Source of the DNA: Catajapyx aquilonaris
Taxonomy: Eukaryota
DNA: 64,000 nt
Assembly: GCA_000934665.2 (NCBI GenBank)
Contig: KZ538308.1
Span: 1-64,000 of the forward strand
Reading direction: 5' to 3'
Of the stretch, positions 37,301-49,925 are shown piece by piece. The notes beneath the pieces were generated by a model that did no database searches, was not told the origin of the DNA, and worked only from the letters and a program-made list of their open reading frames with translations. The position numbers were made by a program, and so were the translations under genes. Each line of letters begins with the position of its first letter. Position 1 is the first letter of the stretch.

Positions 37301-40300
37301 CCTATAGCTTCTGCTGGAAATTTGAAAACCTGTCAGCAGAAAGTTTAAAAAATTAGCTTATTAAGGTCGGACGCAGACAGTAGGAAATCTTATCACTTGG
37401 TTATGCGATCCTGTACGAAGCTGTGTTAATCTGACACGTGGACAGAATGCCAACAATTTACTGCTCTTCAGGTACCATACGCCATACCACATGCTCAATT
37501 ACACAATCATGCTGTATCGTCAACTATGAATATTCCGCAATATATCGCAAGGAACGTGCAGAATTGTGGCTCTCAGACGTCACTTTAATAACACACATGA
37601 AAACATTTTCCCCATAAAAAATATGCACTCTGCTGATTGAATATCTATAAACGCCTACCTCCAGTTGCCTTATACAACCCGTAATGTTTCTCCCCGAAAT
37701 CTCAAGCTTCACCTCCTGTGCTCCACAGTCACGTCACCGCGATATGCCAAGTACAGTATAGAGGCGTGGTCTTACCTTTACATTACTTTACAAACTGGCC
37801 TGGGCCCTGGAAACACCTAAGTAACTCTCGAGGGGTTATCAGACTTGACCAGAGCAATGGCTGTGACATGCGTGTCCGTGCAACCAGCCATATACTGTTC
37901 GCATCAAGTCGCGCGTGAGGTATACATACGGCTGTTGCCCAAAATTCGCAGTCATATCAACCCCCCCTCCCCCTCCATTCTCAGATTATTCACCGCATTC
38001 TTTTCGAGGTATATCAGCAGTCAGTTCATAAATAGCAAAATAATACGTTTCCTTGCGTCCCGCCACCACCGGGTAATAACTATGAAGTAAATAGTAGAGG
38101 AAACAAGCCCCATTTGAAGGTGGGCATACGTGACAGATAAGGACCTGCGATAAGTCCTGTGGCGAATGTAAAAAGGATTCGCGCACACGCGAGTGCAATC
38201 GCAAACTTTGTAATTTCCAAACCAATCCTGCCGGGCCAGGTATGTTTAACCATACCAGCATAGCATACACGACCAGCTCCTCCCCCCCCCCCCCCCCNCC
38301 CTCTATACAGGGGGCCACTTCATCACGCACGATAAGTTTAGAAAATGTACAAAAAGGGCAGGCACGTAAGGGGGTTTCCGTAACTTATGTGTTAGTATCC
38401 TCTGTTATAAGCTCGTGCTTCGTAGGGGCATAACAAAATAATACACCCCCTTTCTGGTCCATCTTTGAATTTTTTTTCACCCTTATCTTCACTCCAAATA
38501 ACTCCAATAATTCTGTTGTAACCTTTAAATTAATTACCGGCAGCTTTCCGTGATCAAGTGTATTAAAGATTCGAATGCATTAACTGAAGAATGTGGATGG
38601 AGTGTGGAAAGGCAATATATTCTTACCTCCTGGTGCGGTATCACATTTTTTTTGGCACGATCCGCAACAATATCGTATCATTCTTGCACGACACACTGTA
38701 TACTCAGAGATACGCAATCTTCAGCATCCGGACCGCATGAGTCCAATAAAAGCATTCGAGTTTGCAGAATGTCAACAATTCGCGGCGGCCAAAAACATTT
38801 TTTGTGTTCTTGCTCAAGGAATTATCCCGTATTGCCGCAATAAATCTTCGAGTCACATTTTGAGCCGGTACTCACTGTTCCTGTCGTGCGCGGTATTTAT
38901 CTGAGTTGTCCATGTTTCCATTCCATCCAAATGAGTGACAACGTCCTTATAGTAAAGTCTCTCTTCGTCACGCACCGCTGCAAAAGGCTTTATCGCATTC
39001 TTTCACATGTGCGTATTTAGTGCTCGGACGTACACACAAAAACAAACTTGACGTAAAGGAACGCAGCTGCCAGCTTGTTTTGTCAAGGCACCGAAACACA
39101 GGAGACAGTCGGATGAGGACATAATTTACTGCAATCCGCCATGGATATGTCATATTGCATGGGTGGTGAGTAAGTCGTGAAGGCATTCCAGGGAGAAACT
39201 CGCATTAAAATTGATCTGGCTGAGTCAGAGTTGCATGCGGAAGCTCGGTCTCACATAGGCCTATACCGATTTATTTTTTTTCCGGAGGTCTGTTGGGTGA
39301 GGACGAATGTGAGGGGCAGGGGTGCTTTCTTTACTCGCAAAATTGCGCAATACTGTGGTGAAATCATTTGGCAACTGCGCTTGTATAGGGGCAGCAGGAG
39401 GGAAGACCATAGCGGGGGGTTAATGCAGTGTTAACGTCGCACACTATCTGATTAGAGGGTTTCTATTATCAAAACTGTTTCCAGAGGTTTCTCAATTCTT
39501 TGATATGAACTTGCGTACGTTCTATAGTCCTAACTTCGCAAACAATACAAAAAAAGTAGGGTACGCGAAACGTAGAGTAATTACTATACCAGACATCCCA
39601 CGTGGGTCATATGAGATAAAATCTTTTTAAACAAATAAGATCACACTTATATATAATATTATGCTCTATAATCAGTTTCTGAATTACTTCTACGCTTGTT
39701 GGTGCAGATGACATTATTCCTGCCCATCAAGTCACCGTCCCAATTAGGCAATTGCGCAAAGTTATCAGAAACTACATAACACCGCATAATTATTCCAACT
39801 GCAAAAATCGTAAAATATAGACTCCGCGCAACCGACATTGATCTCTGTTACAATACCATACAGCCTTCAGATGCTATAATTATGCTTTGCCTCTATATCA
39901 GTTACAGGAAGAAACAAAAACCCTTCTTCCCCCTGCTCCGAATAGAAAGCGCCCAGAACAAAATAACAACAATTGCACATAGTTTCAAGTCAGCCCAAAG
40001 CCGCGCTTCCAGGAAGTTGTCTTATCGTGAAATTAATAAGGGCTTCCCAGAAATTTTCGCAACAGGTTTGAATTTCCGGCAGCGCCGACAGTAAATCGAA
40101 TCCCTGTTGTGGTTTTCCCCCCAAGACTACTCCAATATGCTTCCCCAGCAGCAGGTAATTCCACAACGCACCAATCGTATTTGACAGATCGATGGGCTTT
40201 ATATAAGGTCCCCCAAATTCTGTCAATTCGCTTCACTGCTCCAAGGGCAGCAGTTTTTCTTGCACAAGAGGATGCCGCCTTAGCCACACTATTGTGCAAA

Positions 40301-43300
40301 TAAGTTCGTTTCCTAGACCCTATTGCCGCTGATTATTTCAAAGCCACAAAACCTCTATCGTCCGCTGTACATAAATAGTGCGTATGACCGCCTATGTATC
40401 AGTAAGCATTTCCGATGGTGAGTAAGCCTTTCTTATATAGACTGCATAGAGATATCATCATGACGGAAAAATAAGTTTCGATCCTAATAAACGACGCAGA
40501 ATCAAAGGTCACATCTGGAAATATAGCACCCGCAGTGTATATATCGCACAGGGGCAATATAATGCTGCCGAAGGTATGCCACAATCTAAACAACTCGTCT
40601 TTGAATATAGTTTCATATAGCTGTCAGCTGATGTAGAAGTATCTGCTGCTATTGATTTTTCCGCAAAACAGGTGGGTATATATATTAGCTTATTTTGACT
40701 CCTTTGCAACAACATTGGTCAATGTACACCTAATTAACGCTATAAAAATCATGTTGTTGCTTATAATCGCTACCAGCTCTGTCACAATATATAGTTGATT
40801 ATTATTGGCCCGTTGGCAAAGTTTTGCCTCGTGATATACGAGGCTGAAGAGTGAAAACAATCGGGAAAAAAACGTATTTACCATTTTCTGCAGGAGAAAT
40901 CAAGAAAATATTCTGATACCGGTACTTCCTTTATATTCAAGCACAGCACTGTACTTTATTACATCCGAAATATTACCACATCCACGGAGATATTGTGTAG
41001 CAACTGTATAGTATTTCGGCAACATCTTTATGTTCCTGAAAAGGTTTGTTATTTTGTGGGTAGATGAAGGGTAGGCTGTCACTCGTGGGATTGTTGCAGT
41101 ACATAATTTAGTATAGGCAGTAGCCCTGCAATTCCACCAAGACCTGCAGCAGCTGGCTATTTTTGCATTGTCTGATATATATGTCAAAGTGGCTAGTCAA
41201 AAGGTAATGTGGTAAATAAAACAAGAGTGTCTTGCCTAATAGACGCGATGATATGCAGACTACATAATTCTATACATTACCATGATTTTTTGTGTGTATT
41301 ACGACGTAAGATAAACTCATCTGCTACCGTACTTGCAGGTGAACCATATCAGATGTAACATCACCTCAGTGTGACACAAACCATTCCAATATTGAACCAG
41401 CTTGAAGAGTAACCCGGAAGTAAGTATTGTAATTTTGAGGACTAAAGACTTACTCAGTGCCCTAACATATTTCAGAGGTTGGCACAAATAGCTAGTAAAA
41501 ATATTTTCCAAATTCCTCCAGAATGCAGTAAAATACTGCAGCACCAAGTTCTCCTATTTAAATAAATAACATTTCCGACCTCCTGCACTAAATATATTAA
41601 CATTATGACAATAATACACTGCACTTTCCGAGACAAATTTTTCTTTCCCTCAACATAAAAGTGATCCTTCTCTTGAAATTTTCAGAAGTGTGTCTGCGGG
41701 CCTCTTTCTCCACCTCCAATATTATATTGTTTGCATATTATATTGTGTAATGACTCCATGAAAAGCACTGAGCTATAATCCAAAGGCTATTGTTTTATAC
41801 CTCAACTTAATTTCCTCATTTTTCCAGCTCAGCTCCTTCCCACACTTTGGCAACAACTGGCAACAAATTCAGTTGCTGGTATATAATTATTGTCTAGGGT
41901 TTCATTGCATATTCTATTCGCTTGAAATTCGGTAGCAAGGGAAGTCCTACAATGTCACTGCACTACTTTTGACACCATTTACCTTACAAATGGAGGGAAT
42001 TCATACATGAAAAGCATTGACTGCGTGTAGTACAAACCCTGAAGCGTCCGGAGCTGTTTCATTCGTGAATGAAAGGTACATGCCGCTGTCGGCCTTTGAA
42101 CCTTCTTTTGGAGACAAAATGACGCAGCAGCAGCAGTGTCTGCATTTTCACCCTGATTGCCATCATTTGGATTACTATAGGGAAAGCATGCATATATTGT
42201 TACACAACACTTGACGTGTGCATGGTACACTCTCAAGGCACGCAATGAAATTTGAATCAGTTTAATAAATCCGCATCCTACAATATATTCTGATTGTGGT
42301 TCCTTCATATAATTGAAGTGTGTTTAAGTTAAGAGATCCTATCGTTACATTGTCTGCAAAAATTATCGATAAAAACCTAGGAGTATGTTGTCAATAACAA
42401 TCGGTACTTTTAAACGACACTAAAAGCATAATAACGCGACATTTATAACGGGCTATATAGTTCCTTGCTCACTTATTGTTGTTTAGTTCCCCCGAAGGCT
42501 CCCACGACTCCTATAAATACTTTTCCATATGGCTAATAACCCGTCCAAGGTCGGCTGATGTCAGTTGATACAACTGTTCGATTATTTTCCTTAATCCTCT
42601 TAAGTAGAAGAAATTCCCAGTGTCCCTCCCAAGCGATATATGGCCCTACAATATCGTTAACACTAAACATCAGCTTCTAAGTTTAGATCGCAATCACATT
42701 CGTGCACCAGCCAGAACCCAATCAATACCCAATCTCAAAGAAAGTTCTGGATTTCCGTCGATGCCAAGTATAACAATTAGTTGAAGTCGAAGGTGACCGT
42801 CACGTTTTTCTTCTATAGCAGATACAATGCAAGATTTCACCTTTCCTTCTTGCCCCTCAGAAAACAACCGGATACCATTAATGTGTATTGTATACACAAT
42901 ATCCTCAGCTTACAAATCCGGAGAAAAACAACAACAACCAAAACATCCGAATTAAATCTCCCTGCGCACATATCAAATAAACTCCAAGTCTGTCGACACC
43001 ATCTGAATAAATGGCGTGCTTCTCTGCATACGACATTTATTAGCATGCTTCGATCCCCGATCCAGAAATAGCTCACCCCCGCCCCGTAACTTCGTATGAT
43101 TGGGAGTGGCCATCAATGAAGTGTTCCAGAAATAGGACTACAGGGCAGGTAACTTCGGTATAATTTTCCGGCAGCCAAATTGCCGTCCTTTGAAAGGACC
43201 CATTTCCATGGAAACTGCGGCCTATATACCAGCAAAACGGATCTGGCTGGCTATTTTCGGGCGTCGTTATGAAATGACGCGTATCATCTGGGAAAAGGAG

Positions 43301-46300
43301 ACTTGAAAGAGAGGAAAACGTCATCTATATTTAGTCCCTCCCAATGTAAATTACGCGAAACGTGGCAAATCTTCCCCTTACGTTTTTGCACAACTGGATT
43401 AAAATTAGCGAAATGGAATCAGACCAGCGTGGGCTTGCCAGCTAAGGCAAAACCAGTCGACCTTAGCTCCATCCAAGTCCTTGAACTTGATCAGAGTGGA
43501 ATGTTTCAAGCTTGAGGGAGGTAAGGGAATGTTTAAAAAATATAGAGGGGGGGGGGGGGNGGGGCGTGCATCTTTTTCTAACCAACAACAAGAGAGGGGT
43601 AATCATCTGGCGCCGTGCATTTGCCTTCTTATTCTGCATTCGCCCACCTCACGATACTTTTTTTTTGCAACAAAAAAGGGGTCACGAACGCAACCAAGGT
43701 CAAGTCCCAATCCCGGATATTTATGCAAGAATTTCGACCCAACCCCCCTAAATTCCGGTCTGACCAATCTCACGTCACCTGTTTTTTTTCTACACGGTCG
43801 CTCTTTCATTTACTGACAGCCGCGTTTGCATTAGACGGGGGCTCTTTAAAATACTTTAGCTACACCCTGTGGCCCGCCATGAAGCGGAGTTGAATAAATA
43901 ATAGCTGCCCAGGTTATCATAGCAGCTACAGATTAGATGTAGCACCTGGCGACAGAGCCCCCCAGAATAATCAGAGAACGATAAAAAAAAAGGTGATTAG
44001 ACACGTGTTTATTTTTCACTTAATCGCTATTAATAATCGTGTACTGGTGATAAAAAGGGCTCGAAAGCAAAACTGGGGCCGTAATTGCGACTTTGCACAT
44101 GTATTTATCGGGCTTTGATATCAACCAAAAGAGATCAGATTATCCCCATTTATTTATACCTGGGATTTTTGATGGGATCACGATATTCATCAGTAGGATG
44201 TTAATAAGACCCCCTCATGAGACTACACTTTTTTTCATACAGTATCTCTGTCAGTCTCATTGAAAACTGCAACTAGAGAGATGGAAAATCTCTTTGATAT
44301 CACCACGCAGTTGTACTGATCTCGTTGGAAGCTCATAATATACACGACAGGCACATAATTATATGAATAATACAGTATAGCCTCCTTTCCTAACTTGCAA
44401 CGAGTCTGATCAACTAGTGTGCAAGCGCATTATTTTGCAGAAAGGCCTCGAACATGCAAATATGTAGTCTCTCGAGTAATCTGGAACTTTCTGAAGCACG
44501 ATGAGAGCCATATTAACTTTTACACTTTTCATATACGCATACATAACGAGTGATTTATAATGCAGCTAATAATTATCTGAATTCATATTAATCAATTATT
44601 GGCCGTCCCCGAGTCCTGTAGGCGCATATTTTAGGGCGATATGGTAGTAGAGGTATTATATAGAGGCGAGTTCAACGGGGACACACTGTCATAATATCAG
44701 ATAAGTCATGACGACGTAATGCCCCCGATCTGAATTTTACAGGGAGCCCAAAAAGTAACACAATATTACAACTGATGAGCCCAGACCCTTGGCTTTGTAG
44801 GAAAAATCTTCAAAATGAGCACAAGCAATTCAATCTTTACGAAGTCATACAAACTTGCTTTGCCCACGCCCACCTGCATTTACCGCCACGTTTCCAACCA
44901 CAATCCTCCCAAGAAAAACGTGCAGGGTAACCCAAGTTCATATTGCATCACTCGAAATTACAGATCATCCGCACCCCTTTAAATACAACCCTGTCAATGC
45001 CATTTCCCCCCGTCCATCATGCAACATCGAACCTCCCCCGATTATCCTGGCAAGTTACGACACCCCCCCCCCCCCCACCCCCGTACAATACTTTTTTTTC
45101 CACCCCATTCCGCAACATTTCGTGGGGGGCCCGTTATGTAAATCCCTATACAAAACACGCTAAGTCCCAGGCATTTGAAGAGTCATGCTCCACCTGGTGC
45201 TGTTTGACATACCGGCGCCGTAACTTCATTCCCAGGCCACAGGTGGCCCTAGCGTCGTCTATTCCCATCCCGCCCCCCGCCCCCACCCTGACCACCCCCA
45301 CCTACCGCCCCCATCCTTTTCCACCCCCCGGTCTATTTATAGCTCACATGGCGGCGGCCTCTGCATGTATGCATGCTACATTCAATGGAGAGCCAAGGGT
45401 GTGAAGGCGGCGGGTGGCTGGGTGGGGGGCGAGGTACTGGAGGGTATCAAATATGGAGCCGAGTCAGCCATCGCTAACTGCGTTACATGCATCGTCACAA
45501 GTGGTAACACCGCACGTGTGCATTTAAATAAAAACGGGAGCACCACAAATGCCCATCAGTGCAAATTGAATGGCATTATGCAATGACCAGAAAAAATAAT
45601 TCGCATTTTATATAGCAGCTACTAAAAATATACGTATCGTGCATGCAAACGAGTGATGGGAGATTTTTTTTTTTTTTAAAGAGAAATTCATTATGTAAGT
45701 ACCACACCGATCACACGTGTCTAAGAGATGTAGTAATTCAATGACCTTCTGAATTACGTGCAGTGGACCTTGGGGAAAGCCCCACCTGCAGAAAATGTGC
45801 ATCTCTACGTGTAGACTTTTTGTAACTTTCTGATGGAAAAGATCTGCATTTAAAGGATGATTTCACAAAAAAAAAGAAGGAAAATTGGTAAATTACGCTC
45901 TGGGTACCCAGAATGACCGGTATCAAGTCACGCAAAGCAATGAATATCACGCTAATTAAAAAAATTACCTCGTTACCAACAAGAAAGCAGCTCATACTAC
46001 ATCCTCCTGCTTACATAAGAAAACAACATAACCCCTGGCTATAGATCTATAGTGAAAATTAAAACTTTGTTCCTAAGATAAACAGATTGAAAGGGATATA
46101 TTGTATTTTGTATCCACATAAGTTCCTCTCTATTTATCAACACAATCCAGCCGTTAATAAAGTATTTTGTGTGAGTCCAGCCATACACAGTATATTTATG
46201 CTACTCAATATGCGCCGCAATTCCCAGCTAACAATACATCGGCATGATGATTCACACAATACTTTCAGCCTGTCCTGGATCAGGAAATAGAACAACCTCA

Positions 46301-49300
46301 CCATGTCTATAGTCTATACCACAATGAGTCTATCGCTGATTTGGACATTTTTAAAGCCCTCGGGGATGCCTTTGTTTCATCAGGCTTTTGGTCCTATTAT
46401 GTGCAAGTATTCGCAATACATTATTCATACATTTTGAGTTGTTACAACCGGGCCTATGCACTACGACCACCTGCACACCACGCCCTTTAGGCAGACCATT
46501 TTTTCCCCCCACCAGCAACCTCATTTTATTACGACCAACTTCCATTACGTCACCCCCTAATAAAATCGAATCCCCCAACTAATTACATCAGGGTCACTTT
46601 CTCCCTAGATCCGACTCTCACCTTTCTCAACAGCGAATTTGGCATCCATCGTGCTCAACACAATCACTCAATATGCCTCCCCACAACAACGCAGCATGAT
46701 ATGTCACGTGCGCCCCCCCCCCCACCCCTCCCCATACATAAGTATAAAAACAGAAGCGCTCCAGACGCAGGTGGCCGTATCGAGCTGTCAACAACAAACA
46801 ACAACAATGGCCGACTCTGGTATTGAAAAGCGGGCCGGAAATCCAAGGTCGCCTAGTCCGCAGCAAGAGTCTTATCTGTAACCCATTGGTGTACCCCCAC
46901 ATTCACTCCTGCATGAGGCACGCATTCCCCACTCAATACACTAGTAGCTTTTACCTCCCACCTCCCCACCTGAGTAAAAATAGCCTAGCTTGTCAGTCGA
47001 AGCAGGGATAACAGGTGTATTTTTACCTCCTCCCTCGGGGGCTCTTTTAAGTGAATGAGGTAGAAGAGCTATATCCACTTATATAATTTAATTGTGGCTC
47101 ACCTTGAGAAAGGTGATGGGGAGAGAGTTTGTGCTTCATATGAAAAAAAAAAAAATATTGTCCACTTTTGTTCGCATTGTACTGCTAACCTGTTTACCAT
47201 GGATTCGTCATGTCGTTGGGGGGTAGTGCGGCCGGTTCTATTTTTAACCCGGCGGAAAACCCTGCCCTCTTTTAAATTTAGGCACTTCTTTTTTAAACGC
47301 TACCAGATTTTGATCGGCATTGCTAAAAATCCACGCCTAATTAGCAATGAAACAAAAACGGGGTCGCCGATGCGTGACTCATATGTGAATGGGGATGCAT
47401 ATGATAGAAGCAAATCAGGGCGCCTGTTTCGTCTGCTTTGCTTTTTCTGGCCATCTTTGTCCCTCTACACGCATGGGCCGTATTGATCACTCGGAATGGG
47501 GGGTACGGAAAGGGGGGGGGGGAGTGTAGAAGAGAGGGGGGAGGGGGGAGGGAAAAGCTATTTTTAACTCCTATTTGGTAAGCGCCTGCTTGGTTTCCAT
47601 GGTACTATTGACAGAATGCTCTGGGGTGTGGGCAACGGAGGCTGCCGGGTTATAAATAGACTGGTATACTTGGAAGTGGGGGTGGGGTGGGTGGGTGGGT
47701 GGATTTTAGGGATGAGGTTATGGTGCAAGAACTACACATCCCCCAACTGTGCAATCTCGTTTACAGGGGGGGGCCGTGTTTACAAAATGCACAGGGCACA
47801 CACTCTATTAAAATAAATGGCCAATCCTACAAGTTCAACAAATCCATTATTACACACATTATCTTTAGCCCGGCATATGCTACTCACAAAAATCACGTGA
47901 GTGTCCTAAAAATAACCCCAGTTTGTAATCTGGATGATTCATGCCAGACTCGTATATATAAACACTTTTACAGCATACCCCGACTACAAAAGTTTACGAC
48001 CCAAATAATTTCATCGGAGCAGTGAATCCCGCTATAAAATTCGGCATTATGCCACTGTACATTTGCATTTCATTCATCCCCCCAAAACCCTACTAATTAG
48101 TCCATCCAGCCCTCCCCCGCATGGTCGCACCATGAATGAAGACGCCCACCCACAGGCTCCCCCGTAGCATAGTAGTCCGATAGTGAGCCAGAGAGAATCC
48201 GCGGAATTCCCCTTCCTCCGCGTCAAAATACTATGTCCCCGCCCCCGCACCAGCTCCCGAAATAGGTCGGCCCTAAATTTAAGCCCGACCCGCTTGTGGG
48301 CCAGATGGAAACCCCCAAAATGGGACTTCCATTACATCCGCAGCCACAGAGTGGCAACAATTGTTCAGCCCAGCAACTATAAGAAGCAACCATCTGTACC
48401 AGGATAAGAAATGTCAACAGAGCCCAGATACATAGATACATATATGGAAGAGTTAATCTGCGCGAAATCCAGCCCCTACTCCAACTATGCGTTTTATGTA
48501 TATCTGGAGCCCGCCAACAGCTTTTGTGTATATATCGGAGCAGGTGACACGTTATTCAAACAATGTCTACTTAGTCCTCCTATCGCATCTGGCCTATGCA
48601 TGGAAATAATGCGCATCTGTGTACACGTCATTTTAGTTGCTCCTATACATGGCTGGGGATGCTTGGTTAGGTCGGCAACAGATGTGCCAATCAGGGGGGT
48701 GCCAGATATTGTTATTACGGGATAGGTCTGGGAAGCAAAGCAACAGTAAGTCCTGACAATGAAGGCAACTGTTCACATTATTGGAAGGCTTGTGGCCAAA
48801 TATTTACATAAATTTGGGCGCATGAGCATAACCTATAGTCAACACAATAGGACACGTATGAGCTTGAACACAAGTTTACCGCGGAATCTCCCCAATATTT
48901 TACGAGCATTCTGGAATTTTACCGCGCAATAATATCGAGCTTTTTTTTTGTACCAGAACTATTCTGGCGGTAATATAACTGCCTCTCCTCCCCCACCTCA
49001 GTACTCCTATTGTGCCGCTATTCATCAGTCTACTGGGATAGAAGGTGGGGGTGTAGTGGGACGGGGGTGATCGATAGGCTACAAATAGGCGACATGCGGT
49101 ATACAACAAAAGCACGGCATGCGTTTGCAGGCTTTGAAGGGCACATCACCTGATCCATTGGCACCACGTGCCTATTTTTGTCTCATAACAAGCCAACCTC
49201 CCCTCAATCTCCAACCAACCAAAAGCACTAAAAAGCCAACAATGGACGGACTTGTTTCGCGCTGTGATTCTTCCCACGCTTTAGCCATAACGTCGATTCC

Positions 49301-49925
49301 AATCACACAACATAAAACGTAAACATGGGAAGGGTATAAACAGGGCAGAGGAAGCCCCCTGCAACATTCATGCACAAATTGGCCACCAAGCAAGTTCAGA
49401 CCGTTTATGTTGGCAGTACATTTTTAGGACATTGATTTTCGAAATAGGAGGGGGAGAGAGACACAAATGTACTCGCACGGGGGCAACTTTGCACCGATTT
49501 GCGACCAACAAAAGGAGCCGTCGCCGTTTTATACTTTTGTGTTCGAAAATGTCCACAAACCCTTTGATTACGCCCACGACTTTTCAGAGTTTACAAAGTG
49601 CGCAATGTCAAACACAATTCGCCCGAATGATATTTTGGCTTGTGACAACAGGTGCGTAACGTAGATCGAGTGTGATATAAGTTTATATTCGGCTTGTTTT
49701 GAGTGACTGACCTTCCAGGTCACCATTCCTCTTGTCCCCTGGTTCTAAAGGTGGTGGAAGAGGCGGCGGCGGTGGGGGGCCTTCATTGGAATGGCTCCTG
49801 CGAAGTCTTGGAGGTCTCTGGAGGGAGGTCGGAGGGGAGGAGGACCTGCCCCCTGACCCTGCCCCTCGCCGACCACCCTCCGGACCCTCTGGAATTGCCA
49901 CCAACATGTCCGAGGCCTTCTCCAT
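5479..49925 (-). CDS. HDAC4: Class IIa histone deacetylase (HDAC4-like), spliced gene model, about 1117 aa
   Basis: join(49925-49712,25081-24954,24829-24722,14033-13896,13828-13707,10988-10939,9498-9376,8999-8896,8836-8708,8641-8530,8213-7551,7469-7313,7141-6484,6380-5794,5539-5479) = 3354 nt, in frame, all introns GT-AG. Motifs: [12 protein letters not shown] (MEF2 binding); RKTASEP, RTQSAP and RALSSP (14-3-3); [27 protein letters not shown]. The choice of first exon is the least certain part. Confidence 0.93.
5794..6380 (-). CDS. HDAC4: HDAC4 exon, C-terminal half of the deacetylase domain plus NES-like [10 protein letters not shown]
   Basis: [18 protein letters not shown]...SSGFDAA...LEGGYDL; acceptor ttttacag, donor CA|gtaagg. 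Confidence 0.97.
6484..7141 (-). CDS. HDAC4: HDAC4 exon, N-terminal half of the deacetylase domain
   Basis: [48 protein letters not shown]; acceptor tactacag, donor GAG|gtaaat. Confidence 0.98.
7313..7469 (-). CDS. HDAC4: HDAC4 exon with third 14-3-3 motif ([10 protein letters not shown])
   Basis: Acceptor tttccag, donor AG|gttagt; joins in frame to give GVAFDSLMLKH. Confidence 0.93.
7551..8213 (-). CDS. HDAC4: HDAC4 exon with second 14-3-3 motif ([10 protein letters not shown]) and Ala/Gln-rich tracts
   Basis: Acceptor ggcatag, donor A|gtaagt; [13 protein letters not shown] is a conserved class IIa motif. Confidence 0.93.
8530..8641 (-). CDS. HDAC4: HDAC4 exon (DGSKLPTV...PFYHSLT)
   Basis: Acceptor cacttgcag, donor G|gttagt; phase consistent. 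Confidence 0.85.
8708..8836 (-). CDS. HDAC4: HDAC4 exon with [13 protein letters not shown] (ankyrin-binding PxLPxI-like motif)
   Basis: Matches the conserved LYTSPSLPNITLG; acceptor cattgcag, donor GGT|gtaagt. Confidence 0.9.
8896..8999 (-). CDS. HDAC4: HDAC4 exon ([16 protein letters not shown]...)
   Basis: SGPNSP matches the conserved SGPSSP; acceptor tttcag, donor GAG|gtcagc. Confidence 0.88.
9376..9498 (-). CDS. HDAC4: HDAC4 exon ([30 protein letters not shown] region)
   Basis: Conserved SEPNL...RRSSP..RRKD; acceptor cttgcag, donor A|gtatga. Confidence 0.93.
9960..10265 (-). mobile_element. Possible highly degenerate RTE-like LINE remnant in an intron
   Basis: Purine-rich minus strand with interrupted frames reading LRLF.VHL...EPRLP...GKARE and GRPKPPW, loosely like the RTE C-terminus. 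Weak evidence. Confidence 0.3.
10301..10363. repeat. (TAT)21 microsatellite
   Basis: Perfect trinucleotide run seen directly. Confidence 0.97.
10939..10988 (-). CDS. HDAC4: HDAC4 50-nt exon ([16 protein letters not shown])
   Basis: Conserved DDFPLRKTA; acceptor tttctgcag, donor G|gtatgt; completes RKTASEP across the intron. Confidence 0.95.
13480..13558 (-). ncRNA. Candidate intronic hairpin (pre-miRNA-like or dsRNA element)
   Basis: 16-bp stem between 13550-13535 and 13503-13488, fully paired on the minus strand including two G-U pairs, plus an outer GACGUC/GACGCC extension. No known family recognised. Confidence 0.3.
13707..13828 (-). CDS. HDAC4: HDAC4 exon ([10 protein letters not shown], poly-Ala, ...GFRN)
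   Basis: Second half of the MEF2-binding helix; acceptor tttctag, donor TG|gtcagt. Confidence 0.92.
13896..14033 (-). CDS. HDAC4: HDAC4 exon with MEF2-binding motif ([15 protein letters not shown])
   Basis: Matches the conserved AVASTEVKxKLQ; acceptor gtttcag, donor CAG|gttggt. Confidence 0.95.
23243..23344 (-). CDS. HDAC4: Candidate alternative cassette exon of HDAC4 (34 aa)
   Basis: Pyrimidine tract plus CAG acceptor, AAG|gtgaac donor, 102 nt, open frame, phase 0-0 like the host intron. Confidence 0.45.
24722..24829 (-). CDS. HDAC4: HDAC4 exon, glutamine-rich helix ([13 protein letters not shown]...QQRLQ)
   Basis: Typical class IIa Q-rich domain; acceptor tttcag, donor CAG|gtgagt. Confidence 0.93.
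24954..25081 (-). CDS. HDAC4: HDAC4 first common coding exon (...[15 protein letters not shown])
   Basis: DPxxxEQxxQQ start of the Q-rich domain; phase-1 acceptor ttttgcag, donor CAG|gtgaga. Confidence 0.9.
34337..34394 (-). CDS. HDAC4: Candidate alternative first coding exon of HDAC4 ([19 protein letters not shown])
   Basis: GGC ATG G start context, in-frame upstream TAG, strong phase-1 donor TTGG|gtgagt compatible with the 25081 acceptor. Confidence 0.6.
34795..34975 (-). promoter_or_regulatory. Candidate alternative HDAC4 promoter
   Basis: Initiator-like TCAGTT on the minus strand (34806-34801), CCAAT at 34867-34871 and 34894-34898, GC-rich CpG patch, about 410 nt upstream of ATG 34394. 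Confidence 0.5.
45333..47659. promoter_or_regulatory. Cluster of MEF2-consensus sites in an HDAC4 intron
   Basis: CTATTTATAG 45333-45342, CTATTTTTAA 47238-47247 and 47558-47567, TTATAAATAG 47650-47659; all match YTA(W)4TAR. Confidence 0.4.
49712..49925 (-). CDS. HDAC4: HDAC4 distal first coding exon ([14 protein letters not shown]...NGDLE), Pro/Gly-rich
   Basis: GC-rich 71-codon frame, in-frame TGA directly before the ATG, phase-1 donor GAAG|gtcagt. A pyrimidine-rich acceptor puts the exon start at 50043. Confidence 0.65.

Noticed and set aside
40399..40461. Box C (ATGATGA) and box D (CTGA) 63 nt apart on the minus strand
   Set aside because: No terminal stem and no recognisable rRNA or snRNA antisense element, so not called a snoRNA.
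44772..44806. Hammerhead-like CTGATGAG...GAAA
   Set aside because: GAAA does not follow stem II directly and stems I and III are absent.
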